A stretch of DNA of 10,940 nt from Candidatus Heimdallarchaeota archaeon (GTDB lineage: Archaea; Asgardarchaeota; Heimdallarchaeia; Hodarchaeales; Hodarchaeaceae): positions 224,604-235,543 of the forward strand of contig CP070695.1 in assembly GCA_020353515.1 (NCBI GenBank), given 5' to 3'. Both the position numbers and the translations under genes were made by a program. Every line of letters starts with the position of its first letter. Position 1 is the stretch's first letter. Under the pieces are notes generated by a model. The model saw only the letters and a list, made by a program, of their open reading frames with translations, made no database searches and was not told the origin of the DNA. Positions 1 to 7,346 of the stretch are shown here, one piece after another.

Positions 1-81
1 GACTTTTTTATTGTTAACAACACTGTAAAATAATTTTAACCACTGGTCCTTTTTTTGGACATATAAATTTTCAGGCTTCAT
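1..81 (-). CDS. 5' end of a gene running off the left edge (MKPENLYVQKKDQWLKLFYSVVNNKKV...), identical to the start of ORF 3338-3532; probably ATC-hydrolase-like family
   Basis: ATG at 81-79 with an in-frame TGA at 90-88, so this ATG is the start. GTGA RBS-like motif just upstream and TTAAATA TATA-like box near 110-104 on the minus strand. Nucleotide-identical to 3452-3532. Confidence 0.65.
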   Translation of the reverse strand, partial: MKPENLYVQKKDQWLKLFYSVVNNKKV

Positions 82-83
82 TT
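1..83. repeat. Direct repeat copy A (at least 83 bp, truncated by the window edge)
   Basis: 1-83 is identical to 3452-3534; identity ends 2 nt upstream of the minus-strand ATG. Confidence 0.97.
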
Positions 84-505
84 GTAATCACTTCAGTTTT
101 TCATATTTAATTTTCCTATATTTGAGAATTTTTATTCTCCAAGAGGTTTTCTGGTTTCCTATTAGGAGTAAATTTGAAGGAATTAAATTGAAACACAAAG
201 AATGAGTGGATAATACTCTAGACTATTGCTTTTTTAAAAATAGAGATTTGGGCAATTGAAATTTTAAATACTTTATAGCTAGCTGATTTTCATTCAAAAA
301 AGGTTTATTCTTAATAGCTTCTATTATGTATTTTTGTTAACTATGGATAAGCAGGAACACGAAGTCTTGAGAGGTATTTCAATACAAAACGACTTCCTGT
401 TGAAATCAGACATAAAGAAAAAATACCAACAAGGGTCCTCACACATATCAAGAAAACCTATTAGTCACAAGCATCTTCTGTGAAGTACAATATAAACAGC
501 TGAAG

Positions 506-522
506 TACATGACCTTCTTCAA
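506..522. repeat. 17-bp direct repeat copy 1, TACATGACCTTCTTCAA, overlapping the stop codon of 519-1211
   Basis: Exact match to 1252-1268. Confidence 0.9.
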
Positions 523-1211
523 AATCGATCTTTTTCCATCCCATACGAGTCACCTAGCTTATAGAGTTTAACACCAAGGATTATTTGCCAGAAACCACTT
601 AGAATCAATCCAAATAGTGTTCCTATAGTTAGGGGTTCCAGTAAGACTCCGAAGGTGCCGATAACAGTCAATGTGCCTGCTATAATGACCAAATAAGCTA
701 TGCGTTTGCTGAAAACTCCCTTCGACATAACTAAGCCTATAACGACAGATCCAACACCAAACAGGGCTAAGGCCATAATAGCAAACACACCTGATACTTC
801 AAGTGCAAAATGTGCCGTTGCTAAGTAAGCTGCTCTCATGGTCGCATCTGTTGTTGCCACATAACTATCACTAATTGCTACAAGTGAAATTACCTGTCCA
901 CGAGAAATTAGAAACATTGGTATAGCAATTAAAAACACTGCAGTCCCTAGAAATGCTTGGCTCTTATTAACATCCTTTAGAGAGAAGTAGAGTCCTAGAA
1001 CTCCGGGCATCAGAAGAAATTCTCCGAAAGCAGCTAAGGAAAATAGAAAGACTGGTTCTAGGGGGGCATCAAGAACTGATTGTGCGGCTAGTGGAAGTTG
1101 TACTTGAAATAAGAATACTAAAAAAAGGAATATGATAACGATGGCTCCCCCTGTGAGTAGGGAGAGTCCACTAGCTTTATACACTCCTTTCCAAGATAAA
1201 TCAACGCTCAA
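519..1211 (-). CDS. Multi-pass membrane protein, DUF4386-like
   Basis: 230 aa with about 6 hydrophobic helices and DUF4386-like patterns (GLYFSLKDVN, SKGVFSKRIAYLVIIAG, WQIILGVKL). TTG start with a GAGG RBS at 1222-1219. Confidence 0.75.
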   Translation of the reverse strand: MSVDLSWKGVYKASGLSLLTGGAIVIIFLFLVFLFQVQLPLAAQSVLDAPLEPVFLFSLAAFGEFLLMPGVLGLYFSLKDVNKSQAFLGTAVFLIAIPMFLISRGQVISLVAISDSYVATTDATMRAAYLATAHFALEVSGVFAIMALALFGVGSVVIGLVMSKGVFSKRIAYLVIIAGTLTVIGTFGVLLEPLTIGTLFGLILSGFWQIILGVKLYKLGDSYGMEKDRF

Positions 1212-1251
1212 ATTATAACCTCATCTCTGAATTGATTAATACTTTTCCGTT

Positions 1252-1268
1252 TACATGACCTTCTTCAA
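1252..1268. repeat. 17-bp direct repeat copy 2, TACATGACCTTCTTCAA, nested in a TCCGTT...AACGGA inverted repeat (1246-1277)
   Basis: Exact match to 506-522; the flanking 6-bp inverted repeat is directly visible. Confidence 0.9.
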
Positions 1269-1550
1269 GATAACGGATGAATATAAATTGAATCTTGAAT
1301 TGTATAAGTAAAGGAGATGTTTTTCTTTAATTGGATCTGGTACCGACTAAAAATTTATAGCAGTCCTCGGTTTATAGCACGCAACGATATGTGGATAAGG
1401 GGGATACAAAGGGAAGAGTAATCATTATTATGTAAGTTAACATGAATGAGAAAGGAAGAAGAAAAATGTTATCAGAAAAAGGTCTCAAACGATTGACGGG
1501 GTCAATCAAAAAGAGCAGGGCTAGTCACATGGGATGATGTCAACAGATGG

Positions 1551-1937
1551 ATGGACAAATCCCAAAATTACTGGATAAATACAATTCGAGGTAACTTCCC
1601 ACATTCTCGTCCTGTCTGGGGAATTTGGTACAAAAATATCTTCTACTTCGGGGGGGGAACTGAGACCAGAAACGCGAAAAACTTACTGAAAAATAATAAC
1701 ATCTCAGTTCATACAGAGAGTGGTGAGAAGGTGGTAATTATAGAGGGATACGCGGAGCAATTCTCAGATGAGGAGTTACATCAAATACTTGGGGAGTTGT
1801 ATGAGAAAAAATACAAGATGTTTCATCCCCCCCCCTTCTGGAGAGTGATTCCTCGGACAGTATTGGCCTGGCAGATGAGTGATTTTGCAAATACTCCCAC
1901 GAAATTCATCTGTAAGGTCGAAAAGAAAGATAAATAG
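1551..1937 (+). CDS. Pyridoxamine 5'-phosphate oxidase-like (FMN/F420-binding split barrel) protein; 5' end uncertain or possibly disrupted
   Basis: Motifs NYWINT..PHSRPVWGIW..FYF..RNAKNL..N.NISVH.ESG..VVIIEG and W...DF...PTKF. The frame continues upstream without a start codon as ...GLVTWDDVNRW back to a TGA at 1494-1496. Confidence 0.8.
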   Translation: MDKSQNYWINTIRGNFPHSRPVWGIWYKNIFYFGGGTETRNAKNLLKNNNISVHTESGEKVVIIEGYAEQFSDEELHQILGELYEKKYKMFHPPPFWRVIPRTVLAWQMSDFANTPTKFICKVEKKDK

Positions 1938-1945
1938 TTATCTTT
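1926..1945. terminator. Hairpin AAAGATAA-atag-TTATCTTT between convergent genes; possible terminator
   Basis: Perfect 8-bp inverted repeat with the stop codon of 1551-1937 in the loop. AT-rich and therefore weak. Confidence 0.35.
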
Positions 1946-1962
1946 ACTGGGAAGGGATGACA

Positions 1963-3255
1963 CTAGGTCTTCCGTTTCTTTCGTAGAGAGTAACTCAGGA
2001 GGATTATCATCCCAAGGGCTATACTAATTGAGTCAAAACTCGTAGTTGAAGACGGTGTAGTAGTTGTAGTTGTTACGGGAGTAGATGTGTCCTTTTCTAT
2101 AAGAGCTTTGAGGATAAAACTAGTAAACACAATATCAGGTGTTATCCATTCACCACCTTCCCAAGCCGTGAACGTAACAACTAAATTAATATCAGGTTTC
2201 ACAAATATTAATTGGCCCCCTAATCCAGAGGCATAATAATAATTTCGTGTACCATCAATCCACCATTGATAGCCATAAATCCCCCTCCCAGAATGATCCT
2301 TGGTCGAGGTTGCTACCCATTTAGAGGGAATAATCTGGACATCATTCCATTTTCCATCGTTCAAATATAGATATCCAAATTTTAACATATCATTTGGGTG
2401 TAACCACAGCCCATCAGCTCCTAAACTCAGTCCTGATGGATCTTCCCACCAGAGATAGTCTGTAATATTCAGTGGATCGAATAAGTACTGTCTAGCAAAC
2501 GCTTCAGTATTCATCCCTGTTTTTTCTCTGATTATGGCTGAAAGAAGATGGGTAATACAATCGCTATAACGCCACTCTGTTCCTGGTTCTACGGCCATGG
2601 GTTTATCCAATGCGAATTGTGTCCAATCGCTGGAAACCATTAATCTTGTAAAATCATTATCAGCAAAAAGATAGTTTACCCATGTCCCAGGAAACACATT
2701 GGTTGTGTTGGTTCGAAATGTAAAATCGCTATGGGCTATATTTTCACTGAAATAAGGTACAGAGAAATCATTCACCTCCAACCCACTCTTCATCTCCAAT
2801 AAATGCCTAATCGTCATCGCTTCTTTTCTAGAATCTAGGTTTTGGATCGTTCGACTTGAAAAGATTTCTACTACGGGTTCGTCAAGGTCTGGTATCATTC
2901 CCGTAGAATTAGCTATTCCTATGAGTGCACTGATCACACTTTTAGTCGCAGAATGAATAAGATGTAAATTTGAATGATCATAATACTCAAAATATTGTTC
3001 ATAGCATAAATACCCATCTTTTACAACGGATACACTATCTATCCCTAGTTCTTCATGATCAACTATAAATTGAGTTGTTTTTTCAAGCTGTGTTGAATTC
3101 ATCCCCACTTCCTCGGGAGTAGCGGTCGGCCATCCGTTTGTTGGATAGACGGTTACTGGATAGGACTCAACATGTTCAACTTCAATTGGTAACTTAAAAA
3201 CAAATAAAAATAAGTATAATAGGACTATTATGGAGATGGAGTTCCTTCTTCTCAT
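1963..3255 (-). CDS. Secreted, C-terminally anchored serine hydrolase of the beta-lactamase class C/NylB-like family
   Basis: SxxK motif (HSATKS), LLEMKSGL, PGTEWRYSD, YGYQWW, ASGLGGQ. A signal peptide starts at ATG 3255 (MRRRN + hydrophobic stretch, GAGG upstream), so 3255 is preferred over 3282. Thr/Ser linker + TM + RKKRK tail. Confidence 0.88.
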   Translation of the reverse strand: MRRRNSISIIVLLYLFLFVFKLPIEVEHVESYPVTVYPTNGWPTATPEEVGMNSTQLEKTTQFIVDHEELGIDSVSVVKDGYLCYEQYFEYYDHSNLHLIHSATKSVISALIGIANSTGMIPDLDEPVVEIFSSRTIQNLDSRKEAMTIRHLLEMKSGLEVNDFSVPYFSENIAHSDFTFRTNTTNVFPGTWVNYLFADNDFTRLMVSSDWTQFALDKPMAVEPGTEWRYSDCITHLLSAIIREKTGMNTEAFARQYLFDPLNITDYLWWEDPSGLSLGADGLWLHPNDMLKFGYLYLNDGKWNDVQIIPSKWVATSTKDHSGRGIYGYQWWIDGTRNYYYASGLGGQLIFVKPDINLVVTFTAWEGGEWITPDIVFTSFILKALIEKDTSTPVTTTTTTPSSTTSFDSISIALGMIILLSYSLRKKRKT

Positions 3256-3337
3256 CCTTATCCTCTCGAAATGTATCCACATAAGGAAGGTGCTACATAT
3301 GGATTGAAGGGACTTAAAAAGATTCTCTCAGGATTCA

Positions 3338-3532
3338 TTAATTGCCAAAATCTGGAATATCGGGTAATAATTCTTCAAATTGCTTCTGTGTCTTTAACTT
3401 CATTTCAGGAATCTTTTCGGGACGATAATATTTCAGAAACACTTCTTGATGGACTTTTTTATTGTTAACAACACTGTAAAATAATTTTAACCACTGGTCC
3501 TTTTTTTGGACATATAAATTTTCAGGCTTCAT
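3338..3532 (-). pseudogene. Truncated 64-aa N-terminal fragment of an ATC-hydrolase-like paralog; duplicate of the gene starting at 81
   Basis: Starts 6 nt after the stop of 3539-4264. FEELLPDIPDFGN resembles IQELLPFFKDHDN in the neighbour, then TAA TGA follows. The first 27 codons are identical to 81-1. Confidence 0.6.
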
Positions 3533-3534
3533 TT
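3452..3534. repeat. Direct repeat copy B (identical to 1-83)
   Basis: Direct base-by-base identity. Confidence 0.97.
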
Positions 3535-3538
3535 TTTT

Positions 3539-4264
3539 TCACTCACTAATGAAATATCTCATATCACATACTTCATCACCATTAGATAGCGTGTGTTCTC
3601 TCTGGTATTTGCCCCCTTCAACAAGATGTTCAGCTACGGTATAATCATAAGTACACCAAGTTCTTCTGAAAAAAGTCATCTCTTCTTCCCCGAATTGCGC
3701 ATAGAAATCATATACAGGACATGAATAGATATCCATATGATACACGTTTCTATCCTTGTACAGTTTTGTTTTATAGCCTGGTTCACTGTATGGAAATTTC
3801 AAAGCATCTTTAAGGCGCTTTCCCAGATAGGCTAATGGATCCTTCGTCCGTAGTTTAGCCAGCTTCAATCTCAACGGATCAAAAATTGGAACTACACCCT
3901 TCATGTTCACACGAACTTGCCAGATCAAGTCTGCGACCAGGTTCGTGGCGTAACTGGGATCTATTTTTTCTTTTACCATAGCTCTGTATATAGCTAAGTG
4001 TATCAATCCGGCATATTCATTCATGTAATTACCGATATTATCGTGGTCTTTGAAAAAAGGCAATAACTCTTGAATATTCGATTCTACCCGTGATATTATC
4101 TGTTCCATTTCCTTGGGAGTGAAGCGACCGTTTTCCGGTATTCCATCCTGTCTGCATCTCGGTGTCAATATCTGGACTATGACTTCTTTGTGAACTCCCC
4201 ATGCCTTTCTACGGATTATTTTTTTGCTAAGTAGTTTGAATAAGGTCATAGTATTCTCACTCAT
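3539..4264 (-). CDS. L-2-amino-thiazoline-4-carboxylate (ATC) hydrolase-like family protein
   Basis: C-terminal signature DIYSCPVYDFY...WCTYDY...REHTLSNGDEVCDMRY with three conserved Cys. The family name does not establish the activity. Confidence 0.8.
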   Translation of the reverse strand: MSENTMTLFKLLSKKIIRRKAWGVHKEVIVQILTPRCRQDGIPENGRFTPKEMEQIISRVESNIQELLPFFKDHDNIGNYMNEYAGLIHLAIYRAMVKEKIDPSYATNLVADLIWQVRVNMKGVVPIFDPLRLKLAKLRTKDPLAYLGKRLKDALKFPYSEPGYKTKLYKDRNVYHMDIYSCPVYDFYAQFGEEEMTFFRRTWCTYDYTVAEHLVEGGKYQREHTLSNGDEVCDMRYFISE

Positions 4265-4312
4265 GAATTGATTTCAGAGAATTTAAGGAAGATAAAAATC
4301 CTTAAAAGTATT

Positions 4313-4382
4313 TTCCAATTTTGGAATTTATTATTTCCATTACTGGAACTATTTATAAAACTATGTTTTCCAGAATTGGAAA
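4313..4382. promoter_or_regulatory. Three palindromic operator-like sites TTCCA-N4-TGGAA (4313-4326, 4335-4348, 4368-4381) interleaved with TTTATAAAA TATA-like boxes in a divergent promoter
   Basis: TTCCAatttTGGAA, TTCCAttacTGGAA and TTCCAgaatTGGAA, with starts 22 and 33 bp apart. TTTATAAAA at 4352-4360 and 4383-4391. Confidence 0.75.
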
Positions 4383-4474
4383 TTTATAAAAAAGATAAAT
4401 CTTAGACTGTACAGTATTGGACACTAAGTAAATGGATCAAAATTTAACTGATTCAATTATGGAGAACAAATTTT

Positions 4475-5404
4475 TTGGCACCAAAGAAAAGAAAACAAAA
4501 AATAGGAAATACCACCTATAGTAATTCAGTTGAGCCTTTTACGGGCTTTGATGATGTGATCGATTTATCTATATCTCAAGTTTTTATATTACTCATGATG
4601 TCGGTTTTTCCTGAAGGAACTGTGCGCTATAATGTTCTGCAAAGTATAAATTCATACTTATCTCCCCAGAAAATGATCTCAGCTTCTAGCTTTTACAACA
4701 GCTTAAATAAGCTTGAAAAAAAGGGATTGCTTGAATTCTCTGCAGACAAAACGGGAAATATATCACTCGTTCATCTGACTCCAAAATCGGATGACGCCTT
4801 TAAACAGATTGGATCCCTATTTTCTTTTACTGGTTTTAATTTTCGGTTATTTCTCCCTAAAATTGCTTCCTTTATTGTTAATCAGCTTGGAGTAACTCAA
4901 AAGTTTGATTCTATTCTTGTTATCAGCCAAGAAGCTTCTTTGGATGTACATGTATATCCGATTATTGAACGTTATGCTAAACACCTCCATGTTGTCGCGG
5001 CTGATGACTCTTTTCAGAAATACATTCTACCGTATTCCTCTGAAATACATCAAACAAAGATTCTCAGTGGAAAAATCAGAGAACCAGATAAAGATTTTGA
5101 TGCTTGTTATTTATCATCATATCAAACTAGAAAGGAATTTTTTAATTTGAGTTCCATTGAGCTTCTTAGAGAAGCTGTTCGGGTCACCAAATCCGCGGGG
5201 TTGGTTATAGTTGCCTCATTTTCCACCCCCCAAAAGGTTAATCATTTCATTATTGATTCATTCATTGAATTGGTTTCCTCGAACCCATTAATAGCAACTA
5301 CTTCAAAAAATGAGGTTTATCGTGATCTAGCTCAAGTGGGACTTAAGGATGTTTCAGTTACTGAATTTAATGGTGTAATTCTTGGATTTGGAGTTGTTCC
5401 CTAA
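4475..5404 (+). CDS. PadR/MarR-like winged-HTH regulator fused to a C-terminal degenerate class I SAM-methyltransferase-like domain
   Basis: wHTH motif ISASSFYNSLNKLEKKGLL...VHLTPK. The C-terminal EPDKDFDACY...LLREAVRVTKSAGLVIV resembles the class I MTase 'FD..V...L.E..RVLKPGG' motifs, but the Gly-rich motif I is absent. TTG start with GGAG at 4461-4464. Confidence 0.72.
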   Translation: MAPKKRKQKIGNTTYSNSVEPFTGFDDVIDLSISQVFILLMMSVFPEGTVRYNVLQSINSYLSPQKMISASSFYNSLNKLEKKGLLEFSADKTGNISLVHLTPKSDDAFKQIGSLFSFTGFNFRLFLPKIASFIVNQLGVTQKFDSILVISQEASLDVHVYPIIERYAKHLHVVAADDSFQKYILPYSSEIHQTKILSGKIREPDKDFDACYLSSYQTRKEFFNLSSIELLREAVRVTKSAGLVIVASFSTPQKVNHFIIDSFIELVSSNPLIATTSKNEVYRDLAQVGLKDVSVTEFNGVILGFGVVP

Positions 5405-5560
5405 AGGAAATGAGGAATAGTATTGTATCAAACAATCAATGACATTTTTTGAAGTCATTTTTGAATATAACCAACGATCAGTATCAGATAAAATTATAGT
5501 TCATTCAAAATTTCTAATAATTTTTTCATCTAATACCAATTTACAAGAACAAACCCTTCA

Positions 5561-6157
5561 CTAACGAAATAAAATTTGTTTAAGAGTACGGAACATTTTC
5601 TTTACAATAAGATCGACATCCAATGAGGGGAGATACAAAGACACAAGATATGTTCCCTCTAACGTGGCTATAATATTGAATGCAAGAATCTCAGGATCAA
5701 TCTCAGAGGATATTTGTTTTTTTTCTTGAGCAAGTATTATCTTTTCAGTTAAAAGCTTCTTATGTCTCTCATAACTATCATTAATAAGAGAATTTGAAGA
5801 GAGATATTTAATACAGTCAAAGAATAAACGATGATAGTTAAAATTACTAGGAGGAACTTTCGTTAAACCATGAAAAATTCTATCTACCCTTCTAACTGAA
5901 AAGAATAATTCTTTAAGAGTAGCTTCCAACGTTAAATTTTGCTCAAAAAGATCTGAATATTTTTGATCGATTGCTTTGAGTAAGTAGTCCAAAACTGCTG
6001 ATAATAATTCTTGTTTGTTCTGAAAATAATAATAGATAGCTGGCTTTGTTATATTTACTTGATTAGCTAGATAGTTCAGTGATGTATTCTCATATCCTCG
6101 GATTAAGAAGCTTTTCAATGCTTCATCAATTATTCTTTCTTGGGTTGTCTTCATCAA
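5561..6157 (-). CDS. TetR/AcrR family transcriptional regulator
   Basis: TQERIIDEALKSF..RGYENTSLNYLANQVNITKPAIYYYFQNKQELL HTH. Start is TTG 6157 or ATG 6154. Confidence 0.93.
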   Translation of the reverse strand: MMKTTQERIIDEALKSFLIRGYENTSLNYLANQVNITKPAIYYYFQNKQELLSAVLDYLLKAIDQKYSDLFEQNLTLEATLKELFFSVRRVDRIFHGLTKVPPSNFNYHRLFFDCIKYLSSNSLINDSYERHKKLLTEKIILAQEKKQISSEIDPEILAFNIIATLEGTYLVSLYLPSLDVDLIVKKMFRTLKQILFR

Positions 6158-6194
6158 CTTTTATCTCACGCATTCAATTAAAAAAAAGTAGCCA

Positions 6195-7082
6195 TTATCT
6201 ACTCATCAACTCATTCATATCACGAAAAACATCATTAACCATGTTGAGAATAGAAAAGTGACCCAATCCAGGATAAGTTTTTAGGTTTGAATGAGGGAGT
6301 ATTTTACTTAACGCCTCTGAAAACTGAATTGGGACAAATTTATCCTCTGTTCCGTGATATATATGAACTGGGATGGAAATCTCTCTAAGATCAAAACCCC
6401 AATCTCGATATTGGAGTAATGCATCTAATGCAGGCCCTTTTGATCCTTGTCGAAAAGATTCTTTGACATCGTTTGCCAAAAATTCCGTAGTTTCGTGATC
6501 CTCTGCAATCATCTGTTTATCTGTTTCACACATTGAGCTCTTGAAATTATTCATCAACTTTTCCCCTCCCTGCCGTGAAACCAAGAATCCCATTATACGA
6601 TAAAAAACACGAAATATCACAGGAATTTTAATAGTTCTACCGAAAGTGCGTTCTATTGGAGCAAGGTGCTTGTATAGCTTTCCATCAATATTAGGTACCC
6701 AACCACCCATATCAGCCGTAAATTGAATATGATTTGGAATCTCATAAGCACAGGCAAGAAGAGGAGGATTACCACCTGAAGCCCCTATAATGCCAAATTT
6801 TTCAATTTCAAGATGAGCAGCAAGTTCTAAAACATCATTTGGCCAGTCAAGCCAAGTTCTATTTTTTTGAAAATCTGACTTCCCCATCCCAGGACGATCA
6901 GGAGAAATTATTCGAAAATTATATTTAATTCCAGGCTTATCGGTATGAATAGCTTCTAAACGTGACCCCGGGGATCCATGAAAGAAAAAAACTGGGAAAC
7001 CTTTAGTATATCCATATTCACTATATGCTAGTTTTCTACCATTACTTAATTTAAGAAATTTTACATTTTCTGCCTCAATCAT
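6195..7082 (-). CDS. Alpha/beta fold hydrolase
   Basis: FHGSPGSR oxyanion region, DRPGMGKS, nucleophile GASGG, HGTED acid and GLGH His. Likely co-transcribed with TetR. Confidence 0.93.
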   Translation of the reverse strand: MIEAENVKFLKLSNGRKLAYSEYGYTKGFPVFFFHGSPGSRLEAIHTDKPGIKYNFRIISPDRPGMGKSDFQKNRTWLDWPNDVLELAAHLEIEKFGIIGASGGNPPLLACAYEIPNHIQFTADMGGWVPNIDGKLYKHLAPIERTFGRTIKIPVIFRVFYRIMGFLVSRQGGEKLMNNFKSSMCETDKQMIAEDHETTEFLANDVKESFRQGSKGPALDALLQYRDWGFDLREISIPVHIYHGTEDKFVPIQFSEALSKILPHSNLKTYPGLGHFSILNMVNDVFRDMNELMSR

Positions 7083-7118
7083 GTCATATACCTTTATTTC
7101 AACTAATATGCTAAAATC

Positions 7119-7145
7119 ATTTAAATACTTACTTTACGGTAAGTA
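7119..7145 (-). promoter_or_regulatory. Putative TATA box (TTTAAA, about 7125-7120) and adjacent TetR-like operator palindrome TACTTAC-N6-GTAAGTA (7126-7145)
   Basis: Perfect 7-bp inverted repeat immediately upstream of the TATA-like box, about 40 nt before the hydrolase-TetR operon start. Confidence 0.6.
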
Positions 7146-7346
7146 ACTAAATTAATTACTTGAGTCAAAAAATTTTTAATATCCTTTTGCTTTGAATATG
7201 TTATCAGAAGGATATACAGTATGTTCTTTTTGTAAATCCAGAAGATTGAAATCGAATGAAACATTTGTTGGTAAATTTTGTTCCATTATCCAACATCTAG
7301 TTCACGAAAAGCTTTACATGTAATTCATTTAGGATATGCAACGTTT

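Noticed and set aside
343-483. 46-codon plus-strand ORF (MDKQEHEVLRG...)
   Set aside because: Short, with no recognisable motif or clear RBS; cannot be supported.
1246-1277. Canonical integron attC site
   Set aside because: The GTT/AAC order is opposite to RYYYAAC...GTTRRRY, it is too short, and no integrase or further sites are visible.
3271-3468. 65-aa plus-strand ORF
   Set aside because: Antisense shadow of the truncated paralog and the hydrolase promoter.
4905-5150. 81-aa alternate-frame ORF
   Set aside because: Nested within the well-supported 4475-5404 gene; no motifs.
5848-5867. Adjacent 9-nt and 11-nt matches in tetR to the reverse complements of spacer 4 and of the spacer 2/3 end
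   Set aside because: Too short; matches of this length are expected by chance in AT-rich DNA, so self-targeting is not claimed.
6079-6261. 60-aa plus-strand ORF
   Set aside because: Antisense to the tetR and hydrolase genes.
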